Below are positions 7,947-19,685 of a DNA stretch of 64,000 nt, piece after piece. A program made the translations under genes and the position numbers. Position 1 is the first letter of the stretch, and the number at the start of each line of letters is the position of its first letter. Location of the stretch: contig CAWGMK010000013.1 in NCBI GenBank assembly GCA_963823655.1, positions 1 through 64,000 of the forward strand, written 5' to 3'. This stretch comes from an uncultured Bacillota bacterium (GTDB taxonomy: Bacteria; Bacillota; DTU025; MWDF01). The notes below the pieces were generated by a model. The model saw only the letters and a list, made by a program, of their open reading frames with translations. It had not been told where the DNA came from and made no database searches.

Positions 7947-9677
7947 TTGACGAGAGCACAGCAGAACTACAATAGATGGCATGATTACACTGGCCTGGAT
8001 TTGGAGCTGAGGTATGAGATCGAGGCGATGAAGGGGAAGGCCAATTTGATAGAAGAGGCCTTTGGACAGGGGTTGGAGTTCGGCACGGCCGGCCTGAGGG
8101 GGATCATCGGAGCGGGCACCAACAGGATGAACATCTACACGGTTCGTAAAGCTTCCTTGGGCCTTGCCCGTTACATAATAAAAAGCGTCAGGAAACCCTG
8201 GTCGATAGCCATTTCTTACGACAGCAGGCGACAGTCCAGGCGCTTTGCCGAAGAAGCCGCCAAAGTATTTGCGAATAACGGCATAAAATCCCTGATATTC
8301 GACCAGATGCAGCCGGTGCCGCTGCTATCTTTCGCAGTTCTGCTGAAGAAGGCAAGCGCCGGAGTCATGGTGACGGCAAGCCACAATCCGAAGGAGTATA
8401 ACGGCTACAAAGTCTATTGGGAGCACGGCGGGCAGGTAGTCGAGGAGTTCGCCTATCCGCTTATGGACGAGTTCAACGGGATTGAAGACGAGCTTACAAT
8501 AGAGACCATGGATTTTGACAAGGCAGTAAAAGCAGGTCTGATAGAGCCGCTCGGAGATGATACCAAGGATCTGTACATGGATGCAGTGCTTGGACTTCTT
8601 GCCAATAAACAGGCGATATTGAGGCATGCCAAAATGCCGATTGTCTATACGCCTTTGCACGGAACGGGCTCGAAGCTGGTTCCGGAGGCCCTTAGCAGGG
8701 CAGGCTTTACGGGCATCAGGTATGTTGAAGAACAGATGGTGCCGGACACCGAGTTCAGCACGGTCGCCAAGCCTAACCCTGAGGAGCCTGAGGTGTACAA
8801 GAAGGGCTTGGAACTGGCGAAAGCATGCGGCGCCGACCTAATTATCGCGACCGATCCGGATGCTGACAGGCTCGGAGCCATGAGCCGCGAAAAAGACGGA
8901 ACATTCAGGCTTATCACCGGAAACCAGATGGGCGGGCTTCTCATAGATTACCTGCTCAGAAGGGCCGGCAGCAAGGCGGGTTCTATTAAAAACGGAGTCA
9001 TGATTAAGACAATAGTGACTTCCGACCTTGGGGCGTCGATTGCAAGGAAGGCCGGCGTCGAAGTCATAGATGTGCTTACCGGCTTCAAGTACATAGGGGA
9101 ACTAATAGACAGGTACGAAAAGACGAAAGAGAGGACCTTCATTTTCGGCTACGAAGAAAGCTATGGCTATCTTGCAGGAGGCTTCGTCAGGGATAAGGAT
9201 GCCGTACAAATTGCGCTACTGGTAGCAGAGATGGCAGCATCCCTTGTAGATGAGGGCCTTACCTTGGGCGGCAGGCTCGATGCACTCTATGAGGAGCACG
9301 GGTTCTTCGTGGATGAGGTTGTAAACATAAGCCTGGCCGGGATTGAAGGTCAGAATAAGATTGCAAGGATCATGTCCTCTTTGAGGCATGAGCCTCCGTT
9401 CGTAATCGGTGCCAATAGGATCGTTTCGACGGCCGATTATGAATCCGGCAAGATCAGCTACTCTGATGGCAGAGACGGGCAACCCACCGGGCTTCCTTCA
9501 TCCAACGTACTTAAGTACATGCTTGAGGACGGATCCTGGGTATGTATTAGGCCGTCAGGGACGGAGCCCAAGCTGAAAATCTACGTTGGGGCCAAAGCGA
9601 AGGAGAAGAGGCAGGCTGCCGCAAAAGCAGAGCATCTAAAATCCGCTTCAAAGGAAATTGTGGAGGGCAGGGGATAG
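7947..9677 (+). CDS. pgm: Phosphoglucomutase/phosphomannomutase
   Basis: FGTAGLRG, TASHNP (phosphoserine), DPDADR (metal loop), EESYG, RPSGTEPK; TTG start after GGAGGTG. Confidence 0.92.
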   Translation: MTRAQQNYNRWHDYTGLDLELRYEIEAMKGKANLIEEAFGQGLEFGTAGLRGIIGAGTNRMNIYTVRKASLGLARYIIKSVRKPWSIAISYDSRRQSRRFAEEAAKVFANNGIKSLIFDQMQPVPLLSFAVLLKKASAGVMVTASHNPKEYNGYKVYWEHGGQVVEEFAYPLMDEFNGIEDELTIETMDFDKAVKAGLIEPLGDDTKDLYMDAVLGLLANKQAILRHAKMPIVYTPLHGTGSKLVPEALSRAGFTGIRYVEEQMVPDTEFSTVAKPNPEEPEVYKKGLELAKACGADLIIATDPDADRLGAMSREKDGTFRLITGNQMGGLLIDYLLRRAGSKAGSIKNGVMIKTIVTSDLGASIARKAGVEVIDVLTGFKYIGELIDRYEKTKERTFIFGYEESYGYLAGGFVRDKDAVQIALLVAEMAASLVDEGLTLGGRLDALYEEHGFFVDEVVNISLAGIEGQNKIARIMSSLRHEPPFVIGANRIVSTADYESGKISYSDGRDGQPTGLPSSNVLKYMLEDGSWVCIRPSGTEPKLKIYVGAKAKEKRQAAAKAEHLKSASKEIVEGRG

Positions 9678-9773
9678 CCCTGGCCGAACCCCTTGAAAGT
9701 AGATGGATCAAGAAAATGGCCGCCACGGCAGATGATAATCTCTGCAGTGGCGGCCACTGGATTTCTTTTGGAC

Positions 9774-11354
9774 CTAAGGCATCCAGAACCTGGCATCGGC
9801 GGGGGAGAAGGCCTCCATCCGGACGTCCCTGTCCTCATTATAGGAGGCGTGCCTGAGCATGAGGAACACGGCCTCGGCGTCATCCTTCCTTCCGATAGCT
9901 TCGGCAATCTCTATTGCCGTGAACCTTTCGCTCCTGTGCCCGGACAGGAATTCCAATGCGCCTTCAAGACATAGAAGTGCCTGGCCCGCGCTCAATTTTC
10001 CGGCCTCTACGCCAGGCTGGTGATAGGCATTGACGCCTACCATCGAGGCGTAGAATCCGACGCTTCTTTCGAAAAGAGCAATGAGCAAGCCCAGGTAATA
10101 GGCATTCGCCTCCGGCACCGTCAGGACTATAGATGGGCGGTTCTTCATGGCAAGCGCCTGCCTAGTGCCTGACATGAAGGCTGTCAGGTAATCGCCGCTC
10201 GTGTTCTTGCCGTCCACTAGCATGGAGGGACCCAGCCTGTCTCGAAGCACCTCGACGAAGGTGACCAGGTAGTGATCTGGCCCCTCGACCAACTGCTGAA
10301 CATAGGAGTGCTGGTCGGTTGATCCCTTATTGCCGAAGATCGTTATGCCCTGGTTCACCTTGTTGCCTTTCTGATCAAGCTCCTTGCCCAGAGATTCCAT
10401 TATCAGCTGCTGCAGATACTTCGCAAAGAGGGCGAACCTGTCCTTGTACGGCAATACGACAAGTGAGCGCTTGGATTTCCCCTCTGTTGCAATAAGCCAG
10501 GAGAGGGCAATTATCATTGAAGGGTTCTTCCTCCAATTGGGCGATCTGCCTAGTGAATCGCAGTATTTTGCCCCATCGAGGAGGGCGTCAATATCCACGC
10601 CCTGCAAGGCGGCGGGAAGAAGCCCGACTGCCGACATGAGGGAAGTACGTCCGCCCACCCAATCCCACATGGGAAGCCTTGCCAGCCATCCTTCAGTCTC
10701 GGCTGTCCTATCCAGCGCGCTGCCCCTTTGCGTCACAGCTATGGCCTGCTTCTCGAAAGAGTTTCCGGAAGACACCATCCTCTTCTTGGCCTCGATCATC
10801 CCGTTCCTGGTCTCGGCCGTCCCGCCGCTTTTGGACACGACGATGAACAGCACCGAATCCAGGGAATCATCTAAGGAGGCGAAGACCCTGTCGAAGCCGT
10901 CGGGGTCCGTGTTGTCCAGGAAATAAGCCTTCAAGCTGTCGCTGCTTGAACCAAGCGCGTTTGAGACAAGCTGGGGGCCGAGGGCTGAACCGCCGATGCC
11001 TATCAGTACGAAGCTTTGGAAAGGCTTGCCTGACGGGGACTTTATCTTCCCGGAATGTATCTCGGAAACGAACTTCTTGATGAATGAGAGGTTCTCGGTT
11101 ATCTCCGCCGATATTGAAGGGTCGGGACAAAGGGAAGCATCTCTCAGCCAGTAATGTCCGACCATCCTCCCTTCGTCGGGATTGCCTATGGAACCTGCTT
11201 CGATCTCTGCGAGGGCTTGAAGCGCCGATAAGGTTTTCGCCCTATATGCGTCAAAGCTGTCGGCCGATTGGGCCGCCTTGCTGTAGTCTATGAAAAGGCA
11301 GCCGTTTTCGTCCGTGTAGTTCATGCCGGCATATTTCTGCCACGTCCCTGGCAT
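9774..11354 (-). CDS. pgi: Glucose-6-phosphate isomerase
   Basis: GIGGSALGP, SKSGGT.ET, VGGRTS, QQL.MESLGK, GSTDQHSY, HQPGVEAGK; start ATG 11354 after GAGGTG. Confidence 0.95.
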   Translation of the reverse strand: MPGTWQKYAGMNYTDENGCLFIDYSKAAQSADSFDAYRAKTLSALQALAEIEAGSIGNPDEGRMVGHYWLRDASLCPDPSISAEITENLSFIKKFVSEIHSGKIKSPSGKPFQSFVLIGIGGSALGPQLVSNALGSSSDSLKAYFLDNTDPDGFDRVFASLDDSLDSVLFIVVSKSGGTAETRNGMIEAKKRMVSSGNSFEKQAIAVTQRGSALDRTAETEGWLARLPMWDWVGGRTSLMSAVGLLPAALQGVDIDALLDGAKYCDSLGRSPNWRKNPSMIIALSWLIATEGKSKRSLVVLPYKDRFALFAKYLQQLIMESLGKELDQKGNKVNQGITIFGNKGSTDQHSYVQQLVEGPDHYLVTFVEVLRDRLGPSMLVDGKNTSGDYLTAFMSGTRQALAMKNRPSIVLTVPEANAYYLGLLIALFERSVGFYASMVGVNAYHQPGVEAGKLSAGQALLCLEGALEFLSGHRSERFTAIEIAEAIGRKDDAEAVFLMLRHASYNEDRDVRMEAFSPADARFWMP

Positions 11355-11376
11355 ACTAACACCTCTTCCCAAATCG

Positions 11377-12855
11377 CTATCTATCGCCAAGGCGCCTGTA
11401 AAGGGCCATGTATTCTGCCGCCGAGCGCTCCCAGCTGCTGTCGTAGGACATCGCATTGTGCATTAGCTTGTCCCATGTGCTACGCTCGTGCCTGAAGGCG
11501 GCGATCGAACGCCAGATGGTGTCCAGAAGCTCATGCGCATTGTAGTTCGTGAAGCTAAAACCGGTGCCCTCGCCGGTGAACTTGTTGAACGGAATGACTG
11601 TGTCCTTCAGCCCGCCCGTCTCACGAACAAGCGGCAGGGAACCATACCTCATGGCAATCAGCTGGCTGAGGCCGCAAGGCTCGAAGGCGGAAGGCATCAG
11701 GAAAATGTCGGAACCTGCATAAAGCTTTCTTGCCAGGTCCTCGTCGAAATACATCTTGGCCGCAACCCTTCCGGGGTACTTGGCCGCCAAAGTCCTGAAG
11801 AAATCCTCATACTTTGGGTCTCCCGTGCCCAGGACCGCAATTTGCACTTCTGGATCCTGCAGCACTTCCTCGGCGACCCTGATTATGAGATCCAGCCCTT
11901 TTTGTGCCACCAGCCTGGAGATTATCGCCATCAGTACTTTATCTTTGCCGTGGTTGAGGCCTAGCATCTGCTGGACTCCGGTCTTGTTGATTTCCTTGCC
12001 CGCCATATGCTCGGTGTCGAAGTTCATGAATATGTGCCTGTCGTGCGCCGGATCATACGAATGGGTGTCGATTCCGTTTACAATGCCGGTGAGCTTATCG
12101 GAGTAGAACCTCAGCAGGCCGTCCAGCCCTTCTCCATACCAGGCTGTCTTCATCTCCTCGGAGTAGGTCTTGCTTACTGTCGTAACTGCGTCCGAGAACA
12201 CTATGGCGCCTTTCATCAGGTTTGCCGCACCATTGAACTCCAGCTTGTCGAGCTTGTAGTATTCGGCAAGGGGAAGACCGAGTATGTCATCTATAATGCC
12301 CTTCTGGAATACGCCCTGGTAAGCCATGCTGTGGATTGTGAAAACGCACAGGGCGTCTTTGAGGTGGGAGGTGGCTTTGTAGCCCGCGCTCATCAGAATC
12401 GAAACCGGAGCTGTCTGCCAGTCATGGCAATGCAGCACATCAGGCTTGAACCCAAGCAAGGGAAGCATATCAAGGGCGGCTTTGCTCAGGAAGCTGAACC
12501 TCTCTGCGTCATCGCCGTAACCATACAGGCTCTCTCTCCTGAAGTAGAATTCGTTGTCTACAAAATGCCATTTGATTCCGGCATGCTCTAGCGTCTTAAT
12601 GCCGCAGTACTGCCTTCGCCAACCCAAGCTCAACGTGAACTCGGCCTCGGGAGTCATTCGCTCTCGCCATACATTCCCTATGCTGCCGTAAAGGGGGAGT
12701 ACCACCCTGACTTCGGCGCCGGCTTCGGCAAGTTTGGGCGCAAGGGAGCCGACTACGTCAGCCAAGCCTCCCGTCTTGCAGAATGGGACGGCTTCCGAGC
12801 TGATAAAGAGTATCTTAAGCTTCTCTTCCGCTTTCTTCTTCTTGGTTGGAGACAT
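11377..12855 (-). CDS. glgA: Glycogen synthase
   Basis: KTGGLADV, HCHDWQ, GIVNGID, EPCGLSQL, ETGGL.DT. Confidence 0.96.
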   Translation of the reverse strand: MSPTKKKKAEEKLKILFISSEAVPFCKTGGLADVVGSLAPKLAEAGAEVRVVLPLYGSIGNVWRERMTPEAEFTLSLGWRRQYCGIKTLEHAGIKWHFVDNEFYFRRESLYGYGDDAERFSFLSKAALDMLPLLGFKPDVLHCHDWQTAPVSILMSAGYKATSHLKDALCVFTIHSMAYQGVFQKGIIDDILGLPLAEYYKLDKLEFNGAANLMKGAIVFSDAVTTVSKTYSEEMKTAWYGEGLDGLLRFYSDKLTGIVNGIDTHSYDPAHDRHIFMNFDTEHMAGKEINKTGVQQMLGLNHGKDKVLMAIISRLVAQKGLDLIIRVAEEVLQDPEVQIAVLGTGDPKYEDFFRTLAAKYPGRVAAKMYFDEDLARKLYAGSDIFLMPSAFEPCGLSQLIAMRYGSLPLVRETGGLKDTVIPFNKFTGEGTGFSFTNYNAHELLDTIWRSIAAFRHERSTWDKLMHNAMSYDSSWERSAAEYMALYRRLGDR

Positions 12856-12874
12856 GAACAACACCCCGTTTCGT

Positions 12875-14014
12875 TTAAAGGCGGCTTTCCTTGCCGACTA
12901 CAAGCGGCCTGCCGCCTGAGCTGTCGATCTTCAAAGTGATGCCTGAGCTGATTATGACTTCGCTGTCCAGGATGGAATTCTCGATATGAACATTGCCTTC
13001 GATACGGCAGCGCCTGAGCAGCACGCAGTTCTTAACGACAGAGCCCTCGCCTATAAAAGTGTTCCTGGATAGGATGCTTCCCTCCACATTGCCATGAAGG
13101 TGGCAGCCAGACGATATTATCGAGTCCTTGACGACGGCAGTGTCGTAGTACTTCGTGGGCGGCCTGTCGATAGAGCGTGTAAACACGGGCCCGTTCTCAT
13201 AGAAAAGGGCATTTCGAACCCAGTCCTCTTTTAGCTCCATATTGCTGTCGTAATAATTCAGTATGGTGTTGACCTTTGCGGCATAGCCCTTGAAAGGATG
13301 CCCGTAAACCCTCAATGATCTGATGTTCTCGGTTACGATGTCGCACAAATCCTTCTGGCCGCCCGATGCCATGGCCAGGTTAATACAGTCGATGAGCAGG
13401 TCCTTTTTCAAGATGACAGTTTCCATCGAAAGATGGTTGTCGCCTACTTTGGGCTTGAGACCGGTACCCAGAAGCCTTCCATCTCGCCCTATGTTCATGT
13501 ATTCAAGGTATTGGTAGCGCTCCGGATTGGAGACGTATCGCTCGTCGCACTCCTCATCCTTGTAGAGTATTGTAATGTCAGCCCCTTTGTTCACGTGAGC
13601 ATCCAACAGCTGCTTATAGTCAATCCTGTACAAAAGGCCGCACCCGGTAAGGAGCACGTAGTTCTGCCTGGCCTTCTTTATCATGTCAAGGTTCATTGAA
13701 AGGTCTTTCAAATCGAAGCGCATCTCGGAATTGTACAAAGCAGGGCTTGCAGTCGGTAGTATCTTCAGCCCGTCCGTTTTCCTGTCAAGGCCCCAAGCCA
13801 TTCCTGAGCCGAGGTGCTCAAGCAGCGTGCTGTACTTGTTGTAAATCACGACGCCCACATGCTTTATGCCGGATAGGACCATATTGGAGAGGGGGAAGTC
13901 GATAAGCCTGTACCTGCCGCCGAACTGGACGGAGGGAAGGTTCCTTGTCCTTGTAAGTTCGCCCAGCGAAAGGTCGGGTTTTGTATCCATGATGATACCG
14001 AGGATGTCGTTCAT
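12875..14014 (-). CDS. glgD: Glucose-1-phosphate adenylyltransferase subunit GlgD
   Basis: GlgC paralog lacking LAGG.GSR; [22 protein letters not shown], hexapeptide C-terminus; directly downstream of glgC. Confidence 0.9.
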   Translation of the reverse strand: MNDILGIIMDTKPDLSLGELTRTRNLPSVQFGGRYRLIDFPLSNMVLSGIKHVGVVIYNKYSTLLEHLGSGMAWGLDRKTDGLKILPTASPALYNSEMRFDLKDLSMNLDMIKKARQNYVLLTGCGLLYRIDYKQLLDAHVNKGADITILYKDEECDERYVSNPERYQYLEYMNIGRDGRLLGTGLKPKVGDNHLSMETVILKKDLLIDCINLAMASGGQKDLCDIVTENIRSLRVYGHPFKGYAAKVNTILNYYDSNMELKEDWVRNALFYENGPVFTRSIDRPPTKYYDTAVVKDSIISSGCHLHGNVEGSILSRNTFIGEGSVVKNCVLLRRCRIEGNVHIENSILDSEVIISSGITLKIDSSGGRPLVVGKESRL

Positions 14015-15234
14015 GCCGGGTCACCTTCCTTCCTGTGAGGATCAGTTGATGAGTTCAATGTCGCGCCTGGGAGCACGCATGAGCCCATGCATACTTCCTC
14101 GCCGCTGGCCACGACCGTAATCGGATCATCCTTTGAAGGGACGTCCTGGCACGAGCCCACCCTGCAGTTGTCCCCGATTACCGCATGCTCGCCGATAATC
14201 GACCTGCCGACCTTCACGCCGGCACCAACTCTTGATGACGGTAGCAGTATGCTGTCGCGCACTACCGATCCGGGGCCTACTCTTACGCCTGCAAAAAGGA
14301 CGCTGTTGTAGACATCTCCCTCGATAACGCAGCCATCGGTTATTATGCAGTTTCGCACCTGCGCCGACGAAGACAGGTAATGAGGGGGCAGCACGGGGGA
14401 GCGGGACAGCAGCCTCTTCTCCTGGCCGCAGATGTCGAATATGGGGTTTTCCCCAAGCAGGTCCTGATGCGCCGAGTAGTACGATTCAATCGTACCAACG
14501 TCTTTCCAGTAGCCTTCGAAACGATAGGCGAAGAGCTTCCGCTGGGCTTTCAGGATTGCGGGGATGACATCTTTCCCGAAATCGTGAGATGAGCTCTCCA
14601 GCTTGTCGTCCTTTGCCAGGAACTCCTTAAGAAGCTGCCAGTTGAATATATATATGCCCATAGAGGCGAGGTTGCTCTTGGGCTGTTTGGGTTTCTCATG
14701 AAATTCGGTGATTCTGCCGTCCGGAGTAGTATCCATGATCCCGAAGCGCGAGGCCTCCTCCCAAGGGACTTCCATAACGGCTATCGTGGCATCCGCGGCG
14801 CGCGCCTTATGGCTTGCGAGCATAAGAGAGTAGTCCATCTCATAGATGTGATCGCCTGAGATTATCAGCACATAATCCGGGGCATAATGGTCGATGAAGT
14901 CAGAGTTCTGATAGATGGCGTTTGCGGTTCCTGCATACCAGCTTCCGCCGCTCTCCCTTGTGAATGGGGGCAGGATGCTCACGCCTCCGCCTTCTACCGC
15001 AAGGTCCCATGCAGTGCCTATACCTACGTGCTCATGAAGCATGAAGGGCTTATATTGTGTAAGGACCCCGACTGTGTCGATGCCGGAAGCGGTGCAGTTG
15101 GACAGGCTGAAATCTATTATCCTGTACTTTCCTCCGAAGGGCACTGCCGGTTTGGCGAGGTCTCTTGTCAGAGCGCCGAGCCTGCTGCCCTGACCGCCGG
15201 CAAGGAGCATTGCGATCCATTCCTTGCGAGCCAT
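14011..15234 (-). CDS. glgC: Glucose-1-phosphate adenylyltransferase
   Basis: [52 protein letters not shown]. Confidence 0.96.
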   Translation of the reverse strand: MARKEWIAMLLAGGQGSRLGALTRDLAKPAVPFGGKYRIIDFSLSNCTASGIDTVGVLTQYKPFMLHEHVGIGTAWDLAVEGGGVSILPPFTRESGGSWYAGTANAIYQNSDFIDHYAPDYVLIISGDHIYEMDYSLMLASHKARAADATIAVMEVPWEEASRFGIMDTTPDGRITEFHEKPKQPKSNLASMGIYIFNWQLLKEFLAKDDKLESSSHDFGKDVIPAILKAQRKLFAYRFEGYWKDVGTIESYYSAHQDLLGENPIFDICGQEKRLLSRSPVLPPHYLSSSAQVRNCIITDGCVIEGDVYNSVLFAGVRVGPGSVVRDSILLPSSRVGAGVKVGRSIIGEHAVIGDNCRVGSCQDVPSKDDPITVVASGEEVCMGSCVLPGATLNSSTDPHRKEGDPA

Positions 15235-15252
15235 GGCTAACTCCCCCTGTTC

Positions 15253-17680
15253 TTAGTCTATTGTCCCCATCTTCCAGATAAACTTCTGCGTACCTTCTTA
15301 TGGTAAGATCGCTTGAAAACCTGCCCGATCTTGCGATATTCATAAGGGACATGCGGCCCCAGCGGCTTTTATCGAGATAGGCGGGCTCCACTTTGTCTAT
15401 TGCCTCCAGGTAGGCGGGGAAATCCTTTAAAGTGAGGAATTCATCGTTCTCATCCAGCAGATGTGTCCTGATCCTGTCGAACTCATGCCTTCCGGCCGGC
15501 AAGGTGCCGTCGGAGAGCTGGTCAAGCACCTGCCTGATCCTGTCGTCGGAGCAATACAGGTCCCAGGACCTGTAGGTATGTGAGCTGTATAGCGCCATGA
15601 CCTCTGCCGGATCCAGGCCGAATACAAGCATATTGTCCGGGCCGACCTCTTCGAAGATCTCTATGTTTGCGCCGTCCATGGTGCCAAGCGTTACTGCCCC
15701 GTTCATCATGAGCTTCATGTTGCCGGTGCCGGAGGCCTCCTTGCTTGCGGTTGAGATCTGCTCGGATATGTCGGCAGCGGGGATGATGCGCTCTGCCAGC
15801 GACACCCCGTAATTTTCAAGGAACAGGACTTTTATCAGGTTATTCACCGATGCGTCGGAGTTGATCATATCCGCGATGGAGCTTATTAGCTTGATGGTAT
15901 CCTTCGCAAGATAGTATGTCGGGGCCGCCTTGCCCGCGAAGATGTATGTGCGGGGCAGCATATCCTTCAGTTCGCCGGCTTTGAGCCTGTTATATGTGTC
16001 CAAAATGCTCAGGGCGTTCATCAGCTGCCTCTTATAGGCATGGATGCGTTTGATGTGCACATAGAATATCCCGTCGGGGTCTATCGATATCCCCGTGGCG
16101 CCTGCGACATACTGCGCAAGGCGCGCTTTATTCTGCCTTTTCACCGCGGCCAGCTTCTCTTTGAAAGAGGCATCCTCTGCGAGAGGCTCCAGGTTCCTCA
16201 ACTTTAGTGGATCTTTTAGCCAGTCTTCGCCGATTGCCGAAGTGATCAGCCCGGTAAGCCCAGGATTGGCCTTAACAAGGAAGCGCCTCGGAGTGATGCC
16301 GTTGGTCATGTTAGTGAACTTATCCGGATAAGCTTCTGCGAAGTCGCGGAAGAGATGCTCCTTCAGGATCGCCGAGTGGACTTTCGCCACGCCATTGACC
16401 ATTCCGCTGCCGAAGATGGCCATATTCGCCATGAAAACATGCCCGTCCTTCAGGATGAACATCCTTGACTGCTTGTCGAGCATGCCGGGGTAGAGGGACT
16501 CCAGCTCCTGCCTGAGGCGCCTTTGCATCTCTTCGACTATCATGTAGATGCGCGGCAGCAGGTTCCTGAAAATATGCTCAGACCAGCGCTCGAGCGCTTC
16601 GGGCATGATCGTGTGGTTGGTGTAGTTCACGGTCCTTCTGGTAATATCCCAGGCCTGTTCCCATGTCATCGCCTCTTCATCCATCAGGATGCGCATCAGC
16701 TCGGGGATGCACAGGGCTGGGTGCGTGTCATTGATTTGAATGACTGCATGCTCAGGCAGGTCGGCAAGGGTCCCGAAATTCTCCTTGTGATGTCGCAGGA
16801 TGCTCTGCAGCCCGGCCGAAACGAGGAAGTATTGCTGCTTGAGCCTCAGCTTCTTGCCCTCGGGGCTGGAATCGTCGGGATATAGCATGTCGGATATGGC
16901 CTCAGCCTCATGCTTGCTCTTCATTGCGGAAGAGTACTCGCCGCGGCTGAATATCGAGAAGTCGAAATCCTTCGTCGATGCCTCGGATTCCCAGAGCCTA
17001 AGGGTGTTGACCACACGGTTCATGTACCCGACTATTGGTACGTCATAGGGCACGGCGCGGACGATTTCGCATCCTTCGTGGAGGAACACCATCCGCCCAT
17101 AGACGAAATCGGCCCTTACATTGCCCCCGAAACGGACATAGACTGCCCTTTCCGGCTTCTGGACCTCCCATACGTTCGAGTACATAAGCCAGTTGTCGGG
17201 CATTTCGACCTGGTAACCGTCTACTATCCTCTGCCTGAAGAGGCCGTACCTGTATCGGATCGAACACCCATGCCCGGGAATCCCAAGCGATGCCATGCTG
17301 TCCAGGAAACAGGCGCCCAGCCTGCCCAGGCCTCCTGTACCAATAGCCGGGTCAGGCTCCTCCTCGGAAAGGGCTTCCAAGCTTATGCCCAGATCCCCCA
17401 GCGACTTCTCGGCCAGATCCTTGAGCCCCAGGTAGATGAGGTGGGATATCAGAAAACGGCCGGGCAGGAACTCCATGGAGAAGTAATAGACCTGCTTCTT
17501 TTCGCGTGCCTGCACATCTCCTTTGGCTTCTACCCAATTCTTAAGGGCCATGTCCCTTACCATGGAGGCCAAGGCCGTATATCTGTCACGATTAGTGGTA
17601 GCTTCCAGAGGTTTTCCGAAAGAAGACTGAAGCCTTTCTATAAAGGCCTCCTTAAAGTCCTGGGAAGTAATTAATGCCAT
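15253..17680 (-). CDS. glgP: Glycogen/maltodextrin phosphorylase (frameshift near 15282; true stop probably 15253)
   Basis: GGLGRL.ACFLDS, LRLKQQYF, QINDTHP, KRIH.YKRQ, EASGTGNMK (PLP lysine), FSSD.TI..YA. The shifted frame gives IWKMGTID* just before the glgC RBS. Confidence 0.95.
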
Positions 17681-17731
17681 GTTGTGCCGTCCTTGTTGTA
17701 TTTTTAAATCGCCTGTTAATCACATAAACTT

Positions 17732-19681
17732 CTACAGTATGGATGAATTTTCCTGCAATAGTAAACCCCCAGCTTTTTCAGGCAACTTAAGAAAGATCGA
17801 GCCGAGAGGAGGTATCCTCAAAGTAAGCGAATGCCGCATGCCATGTGCTGCTATGTCTTCTGATGCGATATCGCCAACATTCGAGACGCCAGAGCCGCCG
17901 AATTCAACTTCATCTGACGATAGCAGCTGGTGGTATGTGCCACCTTTGGGAACCCCAATACGGTAGCCCTCATATGCCGCAGGAGTGAAATTATGTACGC
18001 ACACGATTATCTCTCCAGTCCGGGATTCCCTTACGAAGGAGACAATGCTCTGCTTGGAATTGTTCGCATCGATCCAACGGAAGCCCTCTTCATATAAATC
18101 CAGCTGCCAGAATGCGGGCTCCCTAATGTAAAGCGCATTCAACTGCCTGACGTATTCCAAGTGGGTCCTATGGGCTTCGAAGGCTAACACCTTTCGATCG
18201 AGCTCCTCATAGTCCCTCCACTCCAAAAACTGCGCAATTTCGCCCCCCATGAAAAGCAGCTTCTTGCCCGGATGGCTCATCATGAAAGCCAATGCCAGCC
18301 GCAAGTTTGCGAACTTCTGCCAATAGTCGCCCGGCATCTTTCCGATAAGGGAGCCTTTGCGGTGCACTACCTCGTCATGCGACAGAGGGAGTATGAACTT
18401 CTCCGAATAATGGTACCACATCGAGAAAGTCAGGAGGTTGTGATACTGGCACCTGTACAAGGGGTCCTTCTTCATGTAGCTGAGGAAGTCGTTCATCCAG
18501 CCCATGCTCCATTTGTAGCTGAAGCCGAGCCCGCCTTCATCGACATGCCAGCTAACCTTGGGCCAGGTGGTAAATTCTTCGGCTATGACAAGGCTTCCGG
18601 GGGCCTCCTTATCCACAGAATCATTAAGATGCCTAAGGAAGGACACATTATCGAGGTTCTCCCTGCCGCCGTACTTGTTTGGCCTCCATTCGCCCGCCTT
18701 TCTGGAATAATCCAGGTATAGCATGCTGGCGACTGCATCAATTCTCAAACCATCGAAGCCGTACTCCTTAAGCCAGAAGATCGCATTGGACACCAGGAAG
18801 GATCTCACTTCACCCCTGGACATGTCATACTGCATCGTGCCCCAATCGGGATGCTCCAAATGTCCGTACAGGCTTGTGCCGTCGAAATTAATCAGGCCGT
18901 GCGCATCCTTGCAGAAGTGGGCCGGAACCCAGTCTAGTATGACCCCAATGCCATGATCGTGCATTTTGCCGACGTAGTATTTTAGGCCGGAGGGCTCCCC
19001 ATGCCTGCTGGTGGGGGCATACAAGCCGGTTGCCTGATAACCCCATGACTGGTCCAGGGGGTGCTCGTTTATGGGCATCAGCTCCACATGTGTATAGCCC
19101 ATTTCTTTAAGGTAGGGGGCCATTTTATCGGCCAGGGAGTAATAGCTCATGAAAGACCCGTCGAACTCCCGCATCCAGGTTCCCAGGTGAGCTTCGTAGA
19201 TGTTCAGAGGCCTTTCAAAATAGGGGGCCTCAGGCCGATCGAGCCCGGGAGGGGGGGATGATAGGAGCTTGGCCCTGTCAACTACTATCGAGGCGGTTGC
19301 GGGCCTGACTTCGGCCGTGAATGCATAGGGATCGGCCTTAAGGTGCGAGCCGCCGTTCCATTCAATTAAGTATTTGTAGATAGTATGTTCACCAACCCCG
19401 GCGAGAAAGCCGCCCCAAATTCCCGATGGGCGGCCCCAGGAGTCACGAACGGGTGACAAAGGGTTCCTCTTGCCGTCCCAGCCGTTGAAAGGACCTGCTA
19501 CAAAGGCTGCCGTGGCGTTAGGCGCCCATACCGCAAACCTTGCCCCAGCGACCCCGTCTTCATTGCAAGAGGTAGAGCCCAAAAACTCATACGCACGGGT
19601 ATGCGTCCCTTCGCGGAACAAGTAGATGTCGTAATCCGTAGGCAATCTCAGCATGCAATTTCCGGCAGGCATGTCAGCCAT
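17732..19681 (-). CDS. glgB: 1,4-alpha-glucan branching enzyme
   Basis: FAVWAPNA, KADPYA, YE.HLG.W, SWGYQ, DWVPAHF, DGLRIDAVASM, SHDEVVH.K.SL. Confidence 0.96.
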   Translation of the reverse strand: MADMPAGNCMLRLPTDYDIYLFREGTHTRAYEFLGSTSCNEDGVAGARFAVWAPNATAAFVAGPFNGWDGKRNPLSPVRDSWGRPSGIWGGFLAGVGEHTIYKYLIEWNGGSHLKADPYAFTAEVRPATASIVVDRAKLLSSPPPGLDRPEAPYFERPLNIYEAHLGTWMREFDGSFMSYYSLADKMAPYLKEMGYTHVELMPINEHPLDQSWGYQATGLYAPTSRHGEPSGLKYYVGKMHDHGIGVILDWVPAHFCKDAHGLINFDGTSLYGHLEHPDWGTMQYDMSRGEVRSFLVSNAIFWLKEYGFDGLRIDAVASMLYLDYSRKAGEWRPNKYGGRENLDNVSFLRHLNDSVDKEAPGSLVIAEEFTTWPKVSWHVDEGGLGFSYKWSMGWMNDFLSYMKKDPLYRCQYHNLLTFSMWYHYSEKFILPLSHDEVVHRKGSLIGKMPGDYWQKFANLRLALAFMMSHPGKKLLFMGGEIAQFLEWRDYEELDRKVLAFEAHRTHLEYVRQLNALYIREPAFWQLDLYEEGFRWIDANNSKQSIVSFVRESRTGEIIVCVHNFTPAAYEGYRIGVPKGGTYHQLLSSDEVEFGGSGVSNVGDIASEDIAAHGMRHSLTLRIPPLGSIFLKLPEKAGGLLLQENSSIL

Positions 19682-19685
19682 CCGA

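Noticed and set aside
15050-15252. Apparent 185-bp glgP/glgC overlap and C-terminal extension
   Set aside because: Caused by a frameshift near 15282; the shifted frame ends normally at 15253.
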